Assembly: GCA_964403725.1 (NCBI GenBank)
Contig: CAYOHI010000002.1
Coordinates: forward strand, 21,644-85,643
Source of the DNA: an uncultured Candidatus Saccharibacteria bacterium
Lineage (GTDB): Bacteria > Patescibacteriota > Minisyncoccia > Portnoybacterales > UBA2143
DNA length: 64,000 nucleotides
Direction of reading: 5' to 3'
Shown: positions 1 to 9,154 of the stretch, piece after piece
How positions within the stretch are numbered: the stretch's first letter is position 1
How the letters are laid out: every line of letters begins with the position of its first letter
Notes under the pieces: generated by a model
Databases searched by the model: none
What the model was told of the DNA's origin: nothing
What the model saw: only the letters and a program-made list of their open reading frames with translations
Made by a program: the position numbers and the translations under genes

Positions 1-176
1 GGATCTCAAATTTATCCTAGTGAAAGAAAAATGTTAGAATCGATGAATAATTATAGATCTTTCTTTTTAAGGGGATATGACAACATAGATTGTGCTGAAG
101 CATTTGAAATCCCAGATCATTTTCCAGTGTATATGAATAGGGTTCTTGAGATTTTCTCCAAGAAGTAACTTATTAA

Positions 177-1874
177 TCATTCCTCCTCATCTTCCTCTTC
201 TTCTCCATTATCTACTGGATACAGGTCAGGGGATTTGTAATATGATCGGAATTCCTGTTCTTCAAGAATCTCACCACTTAGCTTGTAAACTTCCTGGGTC
301 AGAATGGTTTTCATAGACCCATCCTCATTGCTTTCTAAAACATAAGGACCTTTGACTTTGACTGTTCTCTTGTCATCGGTAGCATAGAAATTAACAAAAA
401 CTTGATTACCTGAAACATAAGCTTCTATTAAAAGATGATTAGGCGTATTGTTTATAAACATTAAATCAGGCTTTGGATCATAGATTGTAGCGTCAAATCC
501 TTGAGGGTTGTAATAGACAACAGGAAAGGAATGATTCTGTCTTTCAGTGATTTTTAATCCTGAATTAATAGCTGCTCTGAAAAAAGTCGTTGAAACCTGA
601 CAAACACCCCCACCATACTCAAGGGTTGTTTTTTTATCCTTAATTACTAATTCAGCCAAATATCCCTGTTCTGCTTCAGTTGGTCCTAATGTATTAACAA
701 AAGAAAATTCTTCTTCTGGAGCTATGATATATCCATCCAGTTTATTAATCGCTGTCTGGATATTGTGTTTTCTGTTAGCTGGTGATCCGGCAAAACTGGA
801 GTACCCCTGGCCTACTAATTTTTTAATACCCAAGCTATTGGTTTGCCATAACCTAATCTCAGGCAAGGCCTTATCAGATACAATAGGAGTTGTTTTAATA
901 GATGGACTAGCCAAAAGATTAGCTACCAAATTGTCAAAGGTAGTGTCTTTTTTGACTTCAAAGCCAGGCTGATCGGGAATAAAGACAGTCGCCCTATTAT
1001 CCTCAATCTCCATCTGAGCATTGGTTACGGGTTGGTCTACCTGATAGGCAACAGTATTTAAATATTTTTTGACCTTTTCATAATCCAGACTGAAACCAAG
1101 AATTAAATTTTCTGAATTTTCTTCTTTAATTGGTTCAAAAGAAATCCAATCAATCAGTCTGTTGCGATCAATAGTCAGATTCTTGACTTCATGGGTCAGA
1201 TAGTATGGCTGATTAGTCATAATGCGCTGGGCTTCCTGCTTGGCTGTTTCCACTTCGTCATTTTGAACCTCTGGTTCATCAATGATTAATTCTAAAGTAA
1301 TTAACTGATTAGAAAAAGAGGTAATCTGATTATCAATATTATCAATCAATTGATCTCTGTCTATGGTAATTCCTTCAACTGAATGCTGGAGGGAAAAATC
1401 ATTAACTTCTGTATTGAAAAACAAGGTTGCATTTTGGGCAGGTGTTTCAATGTTTTTGAAAAGCTCGTTTGTCTTTAATTCAAACTGCTCTTCATCTATT
1501 TCATAAACTGGACTAACATCATATTTTCCAAAAAGAGATGAGTATTGCTCTTTAGAAGTCTTAAAAATGTTTGAATAATGGCCGATAGAATATATTTTGT
1601 CTATTGTCTTAACAAGATCCAATTGAAAACCTAAATCCTTTAAAGTGATTATCCAGGTTTGATCTTTGTAATTCAGTCTTAATTCCTGATTAATAAACTT
1701 ATTCCATTTATCTTGGATTAATTGTTCGCTTTGTGAGATATCTTTTCCACCCAAAGAAAAACCAGCCATCTTTATCCCCCAAATCATGCTATTTGCATTG
1801 ACAATTTGGATAAATATGGTAGTATATATGAAACAGATTAGAATGGAGAGTAAGATTACTTTAATCTTTTTCAT
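177..1874 (-). CDS. VanW-domain protein, secreted or membrane-anchored, with C-terminal poly-acidic tail
   Basis: N-terminal hydrophobic signal/anchor. Carries the VanW-like motif YGGGVCQVSTTFFRAAINSGL. C-terminus ends NGEEEEDEEE. Confidence 0.6.
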   Translation of the reverse strand: MKKIKVILLSILICFIYTTIFIQIVNANSMIWGIKMAGFSLGGKDISQSEQLIQDKWNKFINQELRLNYKDQTWIITLKDLGFQLDLVKTIDKIYSIGHYSNIFKTSKEQYSSLFGKYDVSPVYEIDEEQFELKTNELFKNIETPAQNATLFFNTEVNDFSLQHSVEGITIDRDQLIDNIDNQITSFSNQLITLELIIDEPEVQNDEVETAKQEAQRIMTNQPYYLTHEVKNLTIDRNRLIDWISFEPIKEENSENLILGFSLDYEKVKKYLNTVAYQVDQPVTNAQMEIEDNRATVFIPDQPGFEVKKDTTFDNLVANLLASPSIKTTPIVSDKALPEIRLWQTNSLGIKKLVGQGYSSFAGSPANRKHNIQTAINKLDGYIIAPEEEFSFVNTLGPTEAEQGYLAELVIKDKKTTLEYGGGVCQVSTTFFRAAINSGLKITERQNHSFPVVYYNPQGFDATIYDPKPDLMFINNTPNHLLIEAYVSGNQVFVNFYATDDKRTVKVKGPYVLESNEDGSMKTILTQEVYKLSGEILEEQEFRSYYKSPDLYPVDNGEEEEDEEE

Positions 1875-1884
1875 GGAGGGTGCA

Positions 1885-2109
1885 ATGAAGTTATTTAAGA
1901 AGTTAATCGTAGCATGGAAGAATCTCCAAGAAGACCAAAAGACTCTTGTTATTACTCTAACTATGGCTATAACGATGGCGATCGTTTTTGCGGGTATCCC
2001 CTTAATGGTCTTTGGCTATATGCTGTTTGTCAAAGCGTGGGAAATATCTTCTTTGGCTTTTATAAGCCTGGTTGTAGGTTTTCTCGTCTTTATGGCCAGT
2101 AAGGCATAG
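1885..2109 (+). CDS. small two-helix membrane protein (hypothetical)
   Basis: Internal ATG at 1885 is preceded by GGAGGG. Two hydrophobic helices. The ORF-track start at 1786 overlaps the VanW gene start and is probably too long. Confidence 0.35.
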   Translation: MKLFKKLIVAWKNLQEDQKTLVITLTMAITMAIVFAGIPLMVFGYMLFVKAWEISSLAFISLVVGFLVFMASKA

Positions 2110-2147
2110 TATAACACGAAACGCAACTTTTTATAAGAAAGGGGAAT

Positions 2148-2300
2148 ATGGAAAAAGATCATGAAGATATTGCAATAGAAGAAGAGTGGGATCCAGACTC
2201 TTGGAGCCTGCCATTGGGCTGGGGTTTGCTCATCGCTTTTATCGATATTACTGGAGCCTGTATTTGGGCAATAATCTCGGAAGTGCCGACTTTCTAACCA
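2148..2300 (+). CDS. 50-aa hypothetical small membrane protein (below the ORF-track cutoff)
   Basis: ATG preceded by AAAGGGGA. Open frame MEKDHEDIAIEEEWDPDSWSLPLGWGLLIAFIDITGACIWAIISEVPTF, followed by a terminator hairpin. Confidence 0.3.
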
Positions 2301-2330
2301 ATAAACCTTCTAATCAACGGAAAACAAAAA

Positions 2331-2358
2331 CAGGGGACGCGTAAGCTCCCCTGCTTTT
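2331..2358. terminator. bidirectional rho-independent terminator between convergent genes
   Basis: Stem CAGGGGA/TCCCCTG with loop cgcgtaagc, flanked by T-runs on both strands. Confidence 0.55.
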
Positions 2359-2378
2359 AATTTCTAAAATATTTGATC

Positions 2379-2939
2379 TTACTGGGCTTTAATTCTTATC
2401 TTCTTTGTCTTGATCTTTTCAATCTTAGGTAATCTGATGGTTAGGATGCCATTCTTCATACCGGCATCTGCATTATCAACTTCAACATCGACTGGCAGAA
2501 TTACTGAGCGGGAAAACGGTCCCCAGTAGCATTCTTGATAGTAGTAATCTTCTTCCTTAACTTCCTCATCTTTCTTTCGATTACCTTTAATGGTAATCAT
2601 GTCGTTAGTCATGCTAATATCAATATCCTCTGGCTTTACTCCAGCAATAGTTGATTTGATGACAATTTCAGTAGGCGTCTGGTAAACATCGATTGTTAAC
2701 TGACCTTCCGATTCAGTTAACCATTCTTCTTGTTTTTTGTCATCTTTTTTCTCTGTTTTTTTAGGCATGGCTACTTTTTTTGCCCTTTCAGCTGGCTGGA
2801 CTACAGAAATATCTTTCTTAGTCGCCTTAGCTTTAACGGGCTTTTTTTTAGCTGTTTTTTTTCTTTTTGTTGTTTTCTTTTTAGATTCAGATTCATCTGA
2901 GAAGTTAGCACCAGTTAACTTTTCAAAAAATGAAGGCAT
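2379..2939 (-). CDS. Hsp20/alpha-crystallin family small heat-shock protein with Lys-rich N-terminal extension
   Basis: Alpha-crystallin-domain-like C-terminal half (LTIDVYQTPTEIVIK...ITIKGNRK...GPFSRSVILPVDVEVDNADAGMKNGILTIRLPK). The N-terminal ~75 aa are KKKTTKRKKTAKKKPVKAKATKK-type low complexity. Confidence 0.75.
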   Translation of the reverse strand: MPSFFEKLTGANFSDESESKKKTTKRKKTAKKKPVKAKATKKDISVVQPAERAKKVAMPKKTEKKDDKKQEEWLTESEGQLTIDVYQTPTEIVIKSTIAGVKPEDIDISMTNDMITIKGNRKKDEEVKEEDYYYQECYWGPFSRSVILPVDVEVDNADAGMKNGILTIRLPKIEKIKTKKIRIKAQ

Positions 2940-3021
2940 ATTTTTGCTATCATTTAATCCTAACCAAAAGATCTGTCAGTTGCACCTCAAGGTCTTCTTG
3001 TCAGTATCTTAAATGACACTC

Positions 3022-3771
3022 TTAAGTTTTACAAATTGATTGTTGTTTTTTTAATTTTTTAAAGCAAAGCGAGACAGTCATGGCTACGGATATCAGAAGG
3101 ATAGCAGTCAGACACAGATAGAATAATTCGCTGTATTTCTCGCCAAAAGTTGTTAAGATAAGGAAATTATAGCAGGCGTGGAAGATAATTGCAAGAGTCA
3201 GTCCAATTAAGACAAATTTCTTTCTTTTCTTCAATTCCATCAGTCCGCGAGCCAGCCAATAGCCGACAATGGCTGAAGCTAAGGCATGAAGGAGGGTTGC
3301 TCCTAAGAAACGGAAACTAATTATCCATAAAGCCTGTTCAAAATCTGGAAAATCTATACTAAAGAGAATCAATAGATTTTCCACAGCGGCAAATCCGAGG
3401 GCCGCTACAATACAGTATATCATAGCGTCAACTGGCTCGTCAAATACAGACTTTTTGATGACTTGATACCTGACTACAGCATATTTCAGGTATTCTTCAA
3501 CCAAAGCAGGAACCAAAGTGGCAGCTAAGACTGCGCTTAAATAGCTGCTTTGAGGAATGCGCGAGATAATATCTAGAGGATTCATTGTCGGATTGAGGAG
3601 CCAGATTAAAAGGAGCTCAAAAAACACTGCCAAAGGCGCTATGGCCATGCCTAGGATAAAGACCCTGATAATCATGCGATTTGGCTCAGGGTTCTTGTCT
3701 TTTTTAAGATAATATGAGAGCCAGACTAAACTAGGCAAAAGTCCCAGTAGAATGTAGAAAATATATTTCAT
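3022..3771 (-). CDS. PrsW-like intramembrane protease family membrane protein
   Basis: Multi-pass membrane protein with EEYLKY and GFAAVENLL motifs resembling the PrsW EExxK / FxxxExN signature. Confidence 0.45.
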   Translation of the reverse strand: MKYIFYILLGLLPSLVWLSYYLKKDKNPEPNRMIIRVFILGMAIAPLAVFFELLLIWLLNPTMNPLDIISRIPQSSYLSAVLAATLVPALVEEYLKYAVVRYQVIKKSVFDEPVDAMIYCIVAALGFAAVENLLILFSIDFPDFEQALWIISFRFLGATLLHALASAIVGYWLARGLMELKKRKKFVLIGLTLAIIFHACYNFLILTTFGEKYSELFYLCLTAILLISVAMTVSLCFKKLKKQQSICKT

Positions 3772-5835
3772 CTATTTTGGCCAGTTTTCGACCATTAAGA
3801 ATTTTCCTTCTTTAAATGGCAAGTTTTGATAGATTGCTTCAGTAACAAAAGGCATAAATGGATGCAGGAGCTTTAGAGAATTAACCAAAACAAAGGCTAG
3901 AATTTCCTTAGTTTGCTTATCACCCTGCTTTTTGGCAGATTCGATATATTTATCGCAGAAATCATGCCAGAAGAAATCATAGAGGATATGGGCAGCCTGG
4001 CCAAATCTGAATTTATTAAGTTCTTTATCAACTTTTTCTCTTGTCTGAGATAGTTTTTTCAGGATTCTCTTATCAGCTGCCGTCATGCGCTTGTTATTAG
4101 GCGCTCTTTTAGGCAGTTTAATCTTTTCACCTTCCATCTGCATCAGGGCAAACCGACTGGCATTCCACACCTTATTTGCAAATTTCTTGCCCATCATGAT
4201 GTTTTCTTCTGAAAAATGAATGTCTTGTCCGCCCAGTGACTGGTAAATCATGCCGAATCTGGTTGCATCAGCGCCGTATTGATTAACTAAATCAAGCGGA
4301 TTAATGCCAGTTCCTAAGGATTTAGACATTCTTCTGCCATCTTTTGTTAAGATAGTGGCGTGAATAATCACGTCAGTAAAAGGATTCTTTTTAGTTAATT
4401 CTAACCCAGAAAATATCATTCTAGCTACCCAGAGATTAATGATATCGCGAGCAGTGCTTAAAACATTGGTTGGATAGAATTCTTTCAAATCTTTTGTTTT
4501 TTTAGGCCAGCCTAATATGGCAAAAGGCCATAGGGCTGAAGAAAACCAAGTATCTAAAACATCAGTTTCGCCTTCAATAGGAATTTTGTGTCCCCACCAG
4601 ATCTGTCTTGAGATACACCAGTCCCTAATATTCTCGTGCCAGTCAAGGAAGACTTTTTCCCAGCGCTTTGGATGGAATTTAACCTGTCCGCTTTTAACTG
4701 CTTTGATAGCCTTTTCAGCTAGTTTATCCATCTTAACAAACCATTGATTACTAACCAGAGGCTCAATGATGCTGTCACAGCGATAGCAGGTTGGCACTTG
4801 GTGGGTATAATCTTCAGTTTTAACCAGTAAGTTCTTTTTCTCTAATCTTTCAACAACTTTCTGTCGAGCATCTAAGACAGTCAAGCTAGCAAAATCCTTA
4901 CCTGCTTTCTTAGTCATTCTTCCCTTATCGCTAATTACTTGAATTGATTCTAGTTCATGTCTTTGTGCAATTTCAGCATCAACAGGTGAATGAGCTGGGG
5001 TAACTTTAACAGCTCCTGTTCCAAATTCAGCTTCAATGGCTTTATCAGCAATGATTGGAATTTTGCGGTCAACTAAAGGCAGTAATACCTTTTTGCCAAT
5101 CAATTTCTTGTATCTCTTGTCATTAGGGTTAACTGCTACAGCTGTATCGCCAAGCATTGTTTCTGGCCTGGTAGTAGCAACTTGGATTGATTCTTTAGAA
5201 TTAACTAGAGGGTATTTAATATACCATAAATGGCTTTTCTCTTCTTTATGTTCCAGTTCTAGATCAGATAGGCTGGTCTGGCATCTTGGACACCAGTTAA
5301 TTACTCTTTTGCCTTTGTAAATCCAGCCCTTCTTGTAGAAGTGAAGGAAAGTTTCTTCAACTGCTTTTTGGTAATCAGGATCCATAGTAAAAGCAGTTCT
5401 AGACCAATCGCAAGAATTACCTAATTTTTTAAACTGATTTAGAATCAGGTTTCCATACTTATCTTTCCATTTCCATACTTCTTTAAGGAATTTTTCTTTG
5501 CCTAGGTCGTGTCGAGTGATGCCTTTTTTCTTTAACATTTTCTCAACCACGTTCTGAGTAGCAATACCAGCATGATCTGTTCCAAAAATCCATAAGGTCT
5601 TGTATCCCTTCATTCTTTTCCAGCGAATCAATATATCTTGGGTAAAGGAATTTAAAGCATGGCCCATATGCAATTCACCTGTTACATTAGGAGGCGGATT
5701 AGCAATAGTATATTTTTTAGCTGTCTTTTTAACTTTTAACTTATCAGGATTAAAAAAACCTGATTTTTCCCATAAAGAATAGATTTTGTCTTCAGATTCT
5801 TTGGGATTGTATGATTTTGGTAATTCGGTTGACAT
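3772..5835 (-). CDS. valS: valine--tRNA ligase (short, 687 aa)
   Basis: PPPNVTGELHMGHA (HIGH region) and KMSKSLGTG (KMSKS) class I signatures with a ValRS-type N-terminus. Only ~184 aa follow KMSKS. Confidence 0.85.
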   Translation of the reverse strand: MSTELPKSYNPKESEDKIYSLWEKSGFFNPDKLKVKKTAKKYTIANPPPNVTGELHMGHALNSFTQDILIRWKRMKGYKTLWIFGTDHAGIATQNVVEKMLKKKGITRHDLGKEKFLKEVWKWKDKYGNLILNQFKKLGNSCDWSRTAFTMDPDYQKAVEETFLHFYKKGWIYKGKRVINWCPRCQTSLSDLELEHKEEKSHLWYIKYPLVNSKESIQVATTRPETMLGDTAVAVNPNDKRYKKLIGKKVLLPLVDRKIPIIADKAIEAEFGTGAVKVTPAHSPVDAEIAQRHELESIQVISDKGRMTKKAGKDFASLTVLDARQKVVERLEKKNLLVKTEDYTHQVPTCYRCDSIIEPLVSNQWFVKMDKLAEKAIKAVKSGQVKFHPKRWEKVFLDWHENIRDWCISRQIWWGHKIPIEGETDVLDTWFSSALWPFAILGWPKKTKDLKEFYPTNVLSTARDIINLWVARMIFSGLELTKKNPFTDVIIHATILTKDGRRMSKSLGTGINPLDLVNQYGADATRFGMIYQSLGGQDIHFSEENIMMGKKFANKVWNASRFALMQMEGEKIKLPKRAPNNKRMTAADKRILKKLSQTREKVDKELNKFRFGQAAHILYDFFWHDFCDKYIESAKKQGDKQTKEILAFVLVNSLKLLHPFMPFVTEAIYQNLPFKEGKFLMVENWPK

Positions 5836-5929
5836 GTGTGTGTTTTTAATCTATATTTCAAAATATATCGACTAGTTCCTAATATGTTACTTGATAAACC
5901 AGTTTTTTTCAAGAAGGGGGATGTTAATT

Positions 5930-6211
5930 ATGGAAGAAACAGCGGTTGGAAACGCCTCAAGCGAGGTGGGTAGGAAAATTTATTCCTACTTGAGAACGGT
6001 GATCAAAGAGGTAATGGGCGTTAAGCTTGTTGCCGAACACACTACCTTTAATGCTGCGGAATGCGGGGAAATAAAGCGGCGGTTAATCGATGGGCCGCTC
6101 AACTGCTATTTCACAGACGGAAATGTGGGTAAAATCATGTCCGTATCAGATTTGTTTCTGATCTTTCGTGTACAACCCCCAATTCCGGAAGACCTCCCGC
6201 AGTATCGTTAA
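5930..6211 (+). CDS. hypothetical 94-aa protein in a GC-richer intergenic islet (could instead be a structured RNA region)
   Basis: Internal ATG at 5930 is preceded by AAGGGGGA. No recognisable motifs. Local GC is visibly higher than in the flanks. Confidence 0.25.
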   Translation: MEETAVGNASSEVGRKIYSYLRTVIKEVMGVKLVAEHTTFNAAECGEIKRRLIDGPLNCYFTDGNVGKIMSVSDLFLIFRVQPPIPEDLPQYR

Positions 6212-6253
6212 ATTTCCGGGGGATTATTCAATCAGTTCAAAGCGAGGCTCGTT

Positions 6254-7213
6254 TCAGACGGGCCTTTTTCTATGCGCTGCGGCCATGGCGATCATGGCTC
6301 CATTATCAGTGCATAATTTAAATTCTGGCATTTGAAATTCAATATCTAATTTCTTAATATTCTCTTCCATCTGCTTCCTTAATTCTGGATTAGCAGCCAC
6401 GCCGCCAGAGAGAATGACAGTCTTAACTTTGAATTCCTCGGCTGCTTCAACAGTCTTGTTAATCAAGACATCAACAGCTGCTTGTTGAAAAGAGGCAGCC
6501 ATATTATCAATATATTCTTCTGTAATTCTCTTTTCTTTTTTGACTTCATAAAGGACTGCTGTCTTAAGTCCTGAAAAAGAGAAATCATAATCATTGGAAT
6601 TGATCATTGGCCTTGGCAGGTCAAAGGCATCAATACTTCCATTCAAAGCCCTTTTTGAAATGATTGGTCCGCCTGGATAGCCAAGGTCTAAAAGCTTGGC
6701 TACCTTGTCAAAAGCCTCGCCAGCTGCATCATCTCTTGTTTCTCCTAATATTTCAAAAGATCCGTGTTTTTTCATCAAGACTAATTGCGTGTGACCTCCT
6801 GAAACAACTAGAGCTAAAAGAGGAAATTCAGGTTTTTCTTCATTGAACCAATTAGCATAAATATGTCCTTCAACATGGTTGATTTCTATCAATTCTTTTT
6901 GCCAATTGTATGCCAAAGCTTTGGCAAAGTTCAAGCCAACCAAAAGACAGGGAATTAGCCCGGGTTTTTCAGTTGCAGCAATCAAATCAATTTCCGGGTT
7001 ATCCGCTTTTTTTAAAGCTTCTTGTAAGACGGGTTCAATGTTTTTTAAATGAGCTCTGGCAGCCAAATTAGGCACAACGCCGCCATAGGGCTCATGCACC
7101 TTGATTTGGGATGAAATGACATTGGATAGAATCCTGCAATTTTGATTTTTATCGCATTCTATCAAAGCAATGCCCGTGTCATCACATGATGTTTCTATTC
7201 CTAGGATAACCAT
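6254..7213 (-). CDS. tsaD: tRNA N6-adenosine threonylcarbamoyltransferase
   Basis: MVILGIETSCDDTGIALIE N-terminus, HVEGH metal motif, GGVAAN C-terminal motif. Kae1/TsaD family. Confidence 0.9.
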   Translation of the reverse strand: MVILGIETSCDDTGIALIECDKNQNCRILSNVISSQIKVHEPYGGVVPNLAARAHLKNIEPVLQEALKKADNPEIDLIAATEKPGLIPCLLVGLNFAKALAYNWQKELIEINHVEGHIYANWFNEEKPEFPLLALVVSGGHTQLVLMKKHGSFEILGETRDDAAGEAFDKVAKLLDLGYPGGPIISKRALNGSIDAFDLPRPMINSNDYDFSFSGLKTAVLYEVKKEKRITEEYIDNMAASFQQAAVDVLINKTVEAAEEFKVKTVILSGGVAANPELRKQMEENIKKLDIEFQMPEFKLCTDNGAMIAMAAAHRKRPV

Positions 7214-7258
7214 ACTTTACAAATAGTAACTTAGGTTGTAGTATATTACAAGATAGAT

Positions 7259-7333
7259 GGCCCTATCGTCTAGTGGTTAGGACGCCAGATTTTCATTCTG
7301 GTAACCGGGGTTCGATTCCCCGTAGGGCTGCCA
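7259..7333 (+). tRNA. tRNA-Glu (anticodon TTC)
   Basis: Cloverleaf traced by hand: acceptor GGCCCTA/TAGGGCT, 3-bp D stem GTC/GAC, anticodon stem CCAGA/TCTGG with loop TTTTCAT, T arm CGGGG TTCGATT CCCCG, CCA end. Confidence 0.85.
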
Positions 7334-7346
7334 TTAAAATTAATTT

Positions 7347-8225
7347 ATGAAAACATCAATTCATAGAATTTATACCAAAGAAGGATTAGAATTGCACGGC
7401 GCTCTATACCAGCCAGATAAAAAAGTTAAAACTGTTTTAGCTCACATTCATGGGATGGCTGGTAATTTTTATGAAAATAAGTTCTTAGATCATATTGCTG
7501 AAACTTTAACTAAGAATAACATTGCTTTTGCTCCTTTTAATAATAGAGGTAATGGATCAATTAAAGATTTCGTTAAGATAACCAGAAAGGGTCTTAGTTT
7601 TGATATTATTGGCAATGCTTATGAAAGATTTGAAGATTGTGTTTCAGATATTAAAGCTCAGATTGATTTTTTAGAAAGACAAGGTTATGAAAACATTCAT
7701 CTTTCTGGACATAGTCTTGGTTCACCTAAAATAGCGTACTATTTAGCTAAAACAAAAGATAAGAGAATAAAATCAATAATTCTTGTTTCTCCTTCTGATA
7801 TGCTTGGTTTAGTAAGAGATGAGCCAAAAAGATTTAAACAAGATATTTCAATTGCCAAGAAAATGATTAAACAAGGCAAAGGAAATGAGTTAATGCCAAG
7901 ATTTGTTTGGGATGAATACCCAATTTCAGCTAAAACATACTTGAGTATTTTTAATGATAATTCTAAGGCTGGTATTTTTAACTTTTATAATCCAAAAGAT
8001 GAATACAAAACTTTATCTAAAATAAATTGTCCAATATTTACTGTTATGGGTAGAAAAGACGATGTTTTAATTATTCCAATCGAGGATATTATGAGAATAA
8101 TTAAGGAAAAATCAAAATCCAGTCCAAGATGTGAATCTAAAATTATTAGCAATGCTGATCATATTTACGTGGGATTTGAAAAGTCACTGGCTAAAGCAAT
8201 ATTAACTTGGATTAAAAGTTTTTAA
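7347..8225 (+). CDS. alpha/beta-fold hydrolase
   Basis: GHSLGS nucleophile elbow (GxSxG), HGMAGNFYEN oxyanion region, C-terminal Asp/His-containing segments. Confidence 0.6.
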   Translation: MKTSIHRIYTKEGLELHGALYQPDKKVKTVLAHIHGMAGNFYENKFLDHIAETLTKNNIAFAPFNNRGNGSIKDFVKITRKGLSFDIIGNAYERFEDCVSDIKAQIDFLERQGYENIHLSGHSLGSPKIAYYLAKTKDKRIKSIILVSPSDMLGLVRDEPKRFKQDISIAKKMIKQGKGNELMPRFVWDEYPISAKTYLSIFNDNSKAGIFNFYNPKDEYKTLSKINCPIFTVMGRKDDVLIIPIEDIMRIIKEKSKSSPRCESKIISNADHIYVGFEKSLAKAILTWIKSF

Positions 8226-8229
8226 ATTC

Positions 8230-8886
8230 ATGAAAATATATCCAAAAATGAGTCAATCAAATACTGCTCTTCTATTAATTGATATTGTTAATGGCTGTGC
8301 ACATCAAAAATGCGAGGATCCTGAAGTTGGTATTACTTTTTCTAAAATTAGGGAGATGATCCCTAATTTAATTGATTTTGTTAAAGAATATAAAGAGAGA
8401 GTAAATAACAATGTTTTTTACATTAATATTACTCCTTGGGATAAAAAGCATTTACCTCAAAATCTTCAAGAGCTATACACTGATCCTAGTGTAGAATATT
8501 ATTCAGATGATGATAGTGGCTTTCCAGAAGAGTTTTACAAAATCAAACCAGATAAAGAGGATATCATTATTACTAAAAACACCTACGATGCTTTTGTTGA
8601 TACAGAATTAGAGAAAATTTTAAGAGATAAAGGTGTTCAGTATTTAGTAACTACAGGAATTTTTACAGAAGGTTGTGTTTTATCTACAATAGTTAATGGT
8701 TTTTCAAAAGGATTTAATTTTATTCTTTTAAAAGATTTAATAGAAACAGCCGATAATAAGGAAAGACAAGAAATATCAAGACTATTAAAAAGACGTGTTT
8801 TTCCATTTCTCTATGGAAAAACCATAACTTCAAAAGATTTTTTAAATAATTTAAATGCAAACAATCAAAAAGAAAACTTGGCCTGA
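8230..8886 (+). CDS. isochorismatase-family cysteine hydrolase
   Basis: ALLLIDIVNG N-terminal Asp region and TGIFTEGCVLST catalytic Cys segment typical of the isochorismatase/CSHase fold. Confidence 0.55.
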   Translation: MKIYPKMSQSNTALLLIDIVNGCAHQKCEDPEVGITFSKIREMIPNLIDFVKEYKERVNNNVFYINITPWDKKHLPQNLQELYTDPSVEYYSDDDSGFPEEFYKIKPDKEDIIITKNTYDAFVDTELEKILRDKGVQYLVTTGIFTEGCVLSTIVNGFSKGFNFILLKDLIETADNKERQEISRLLKRRVFPFLYGKTITSKDFLNNLNANNQKENLA

Positions 8887-9124
8887 CCTATTTGAAAAGA
8901 TTTTAAATGGCGAGAAAACATATGAATTCAGATTGGCTGACTTCAATATTGAACCAGGCGATAAATTAATCCTTGAAGAATGGGATCCAAAAACAAAAGA
9001 ATATACAGGAAGAAAAATCGAAAAAATTGCAGGCCATGTCGGAAAGATAGATTTAGATAATTATGCATACTGGACAAAAGAAGAGGCCGAGAAATACGGC
9101 TACTATATAATATCGTTGAAATAG
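8855..9124 (+). CDS. small ASCH/DUF3850-like beta-barrel protein
   Basis: KTYEFRLADFNIEPGDKLILEEWD resembles the ASCH-type fold. Overlaps the upstream gene end. Confidence 0.35.
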   Translation: MQTIKKKTWPDLFEKILNGEKTYEFRLADFNIEPGDKLILEEWDPKTKEYTGRKIEKIAGHVGKIDLDNYAYWTKEEAEKYGYYIISLK

Positions 9125-9154
9125 TACACTAAAAAACCAGATAAGGAGGTAACC

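Noticed and set aside
724-972. ORF-track small ORFs nested antisense or out-of-frame inside larger genes. Examples: 724..972, 1914..2102, 2737..3012, 4517..4747, 5036..5320, 5600..5782, 6664..6846, 10334..10612, 15362..15859, 16627..16917, 22515..22961, 23073..23417, 23736..24026, 24568..24822, 25005..25518, 26122..26319, 28043..28584, 29112..29537, 33000..38787 antisense calls, 39744..41564 antisense calls, 44187..44534, 45712..45927, 47701..47952, 48581..49397, 51253..51486, 52311..52835, 55489..56375, 57345..57536, 61074..61927.
   Set aside because: Each overlaps a longer ORF on the other strand or frame that has clear family motifs. They are low-complexity or AT-rich read-throughs with no SD and no recognisable motif, so they are probably spurious.
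5836-6253. Tried to recognise RNase P RNA, tmRNA or SRP RNA in the GC-rich tsaD-valS intergenic region.
   Set aside because: By eye I could not find the conserved P4, tRNA-like/tag-reading-frame or domain IV motifs on either strand. It stays as an unresolved finding rather than a feature.
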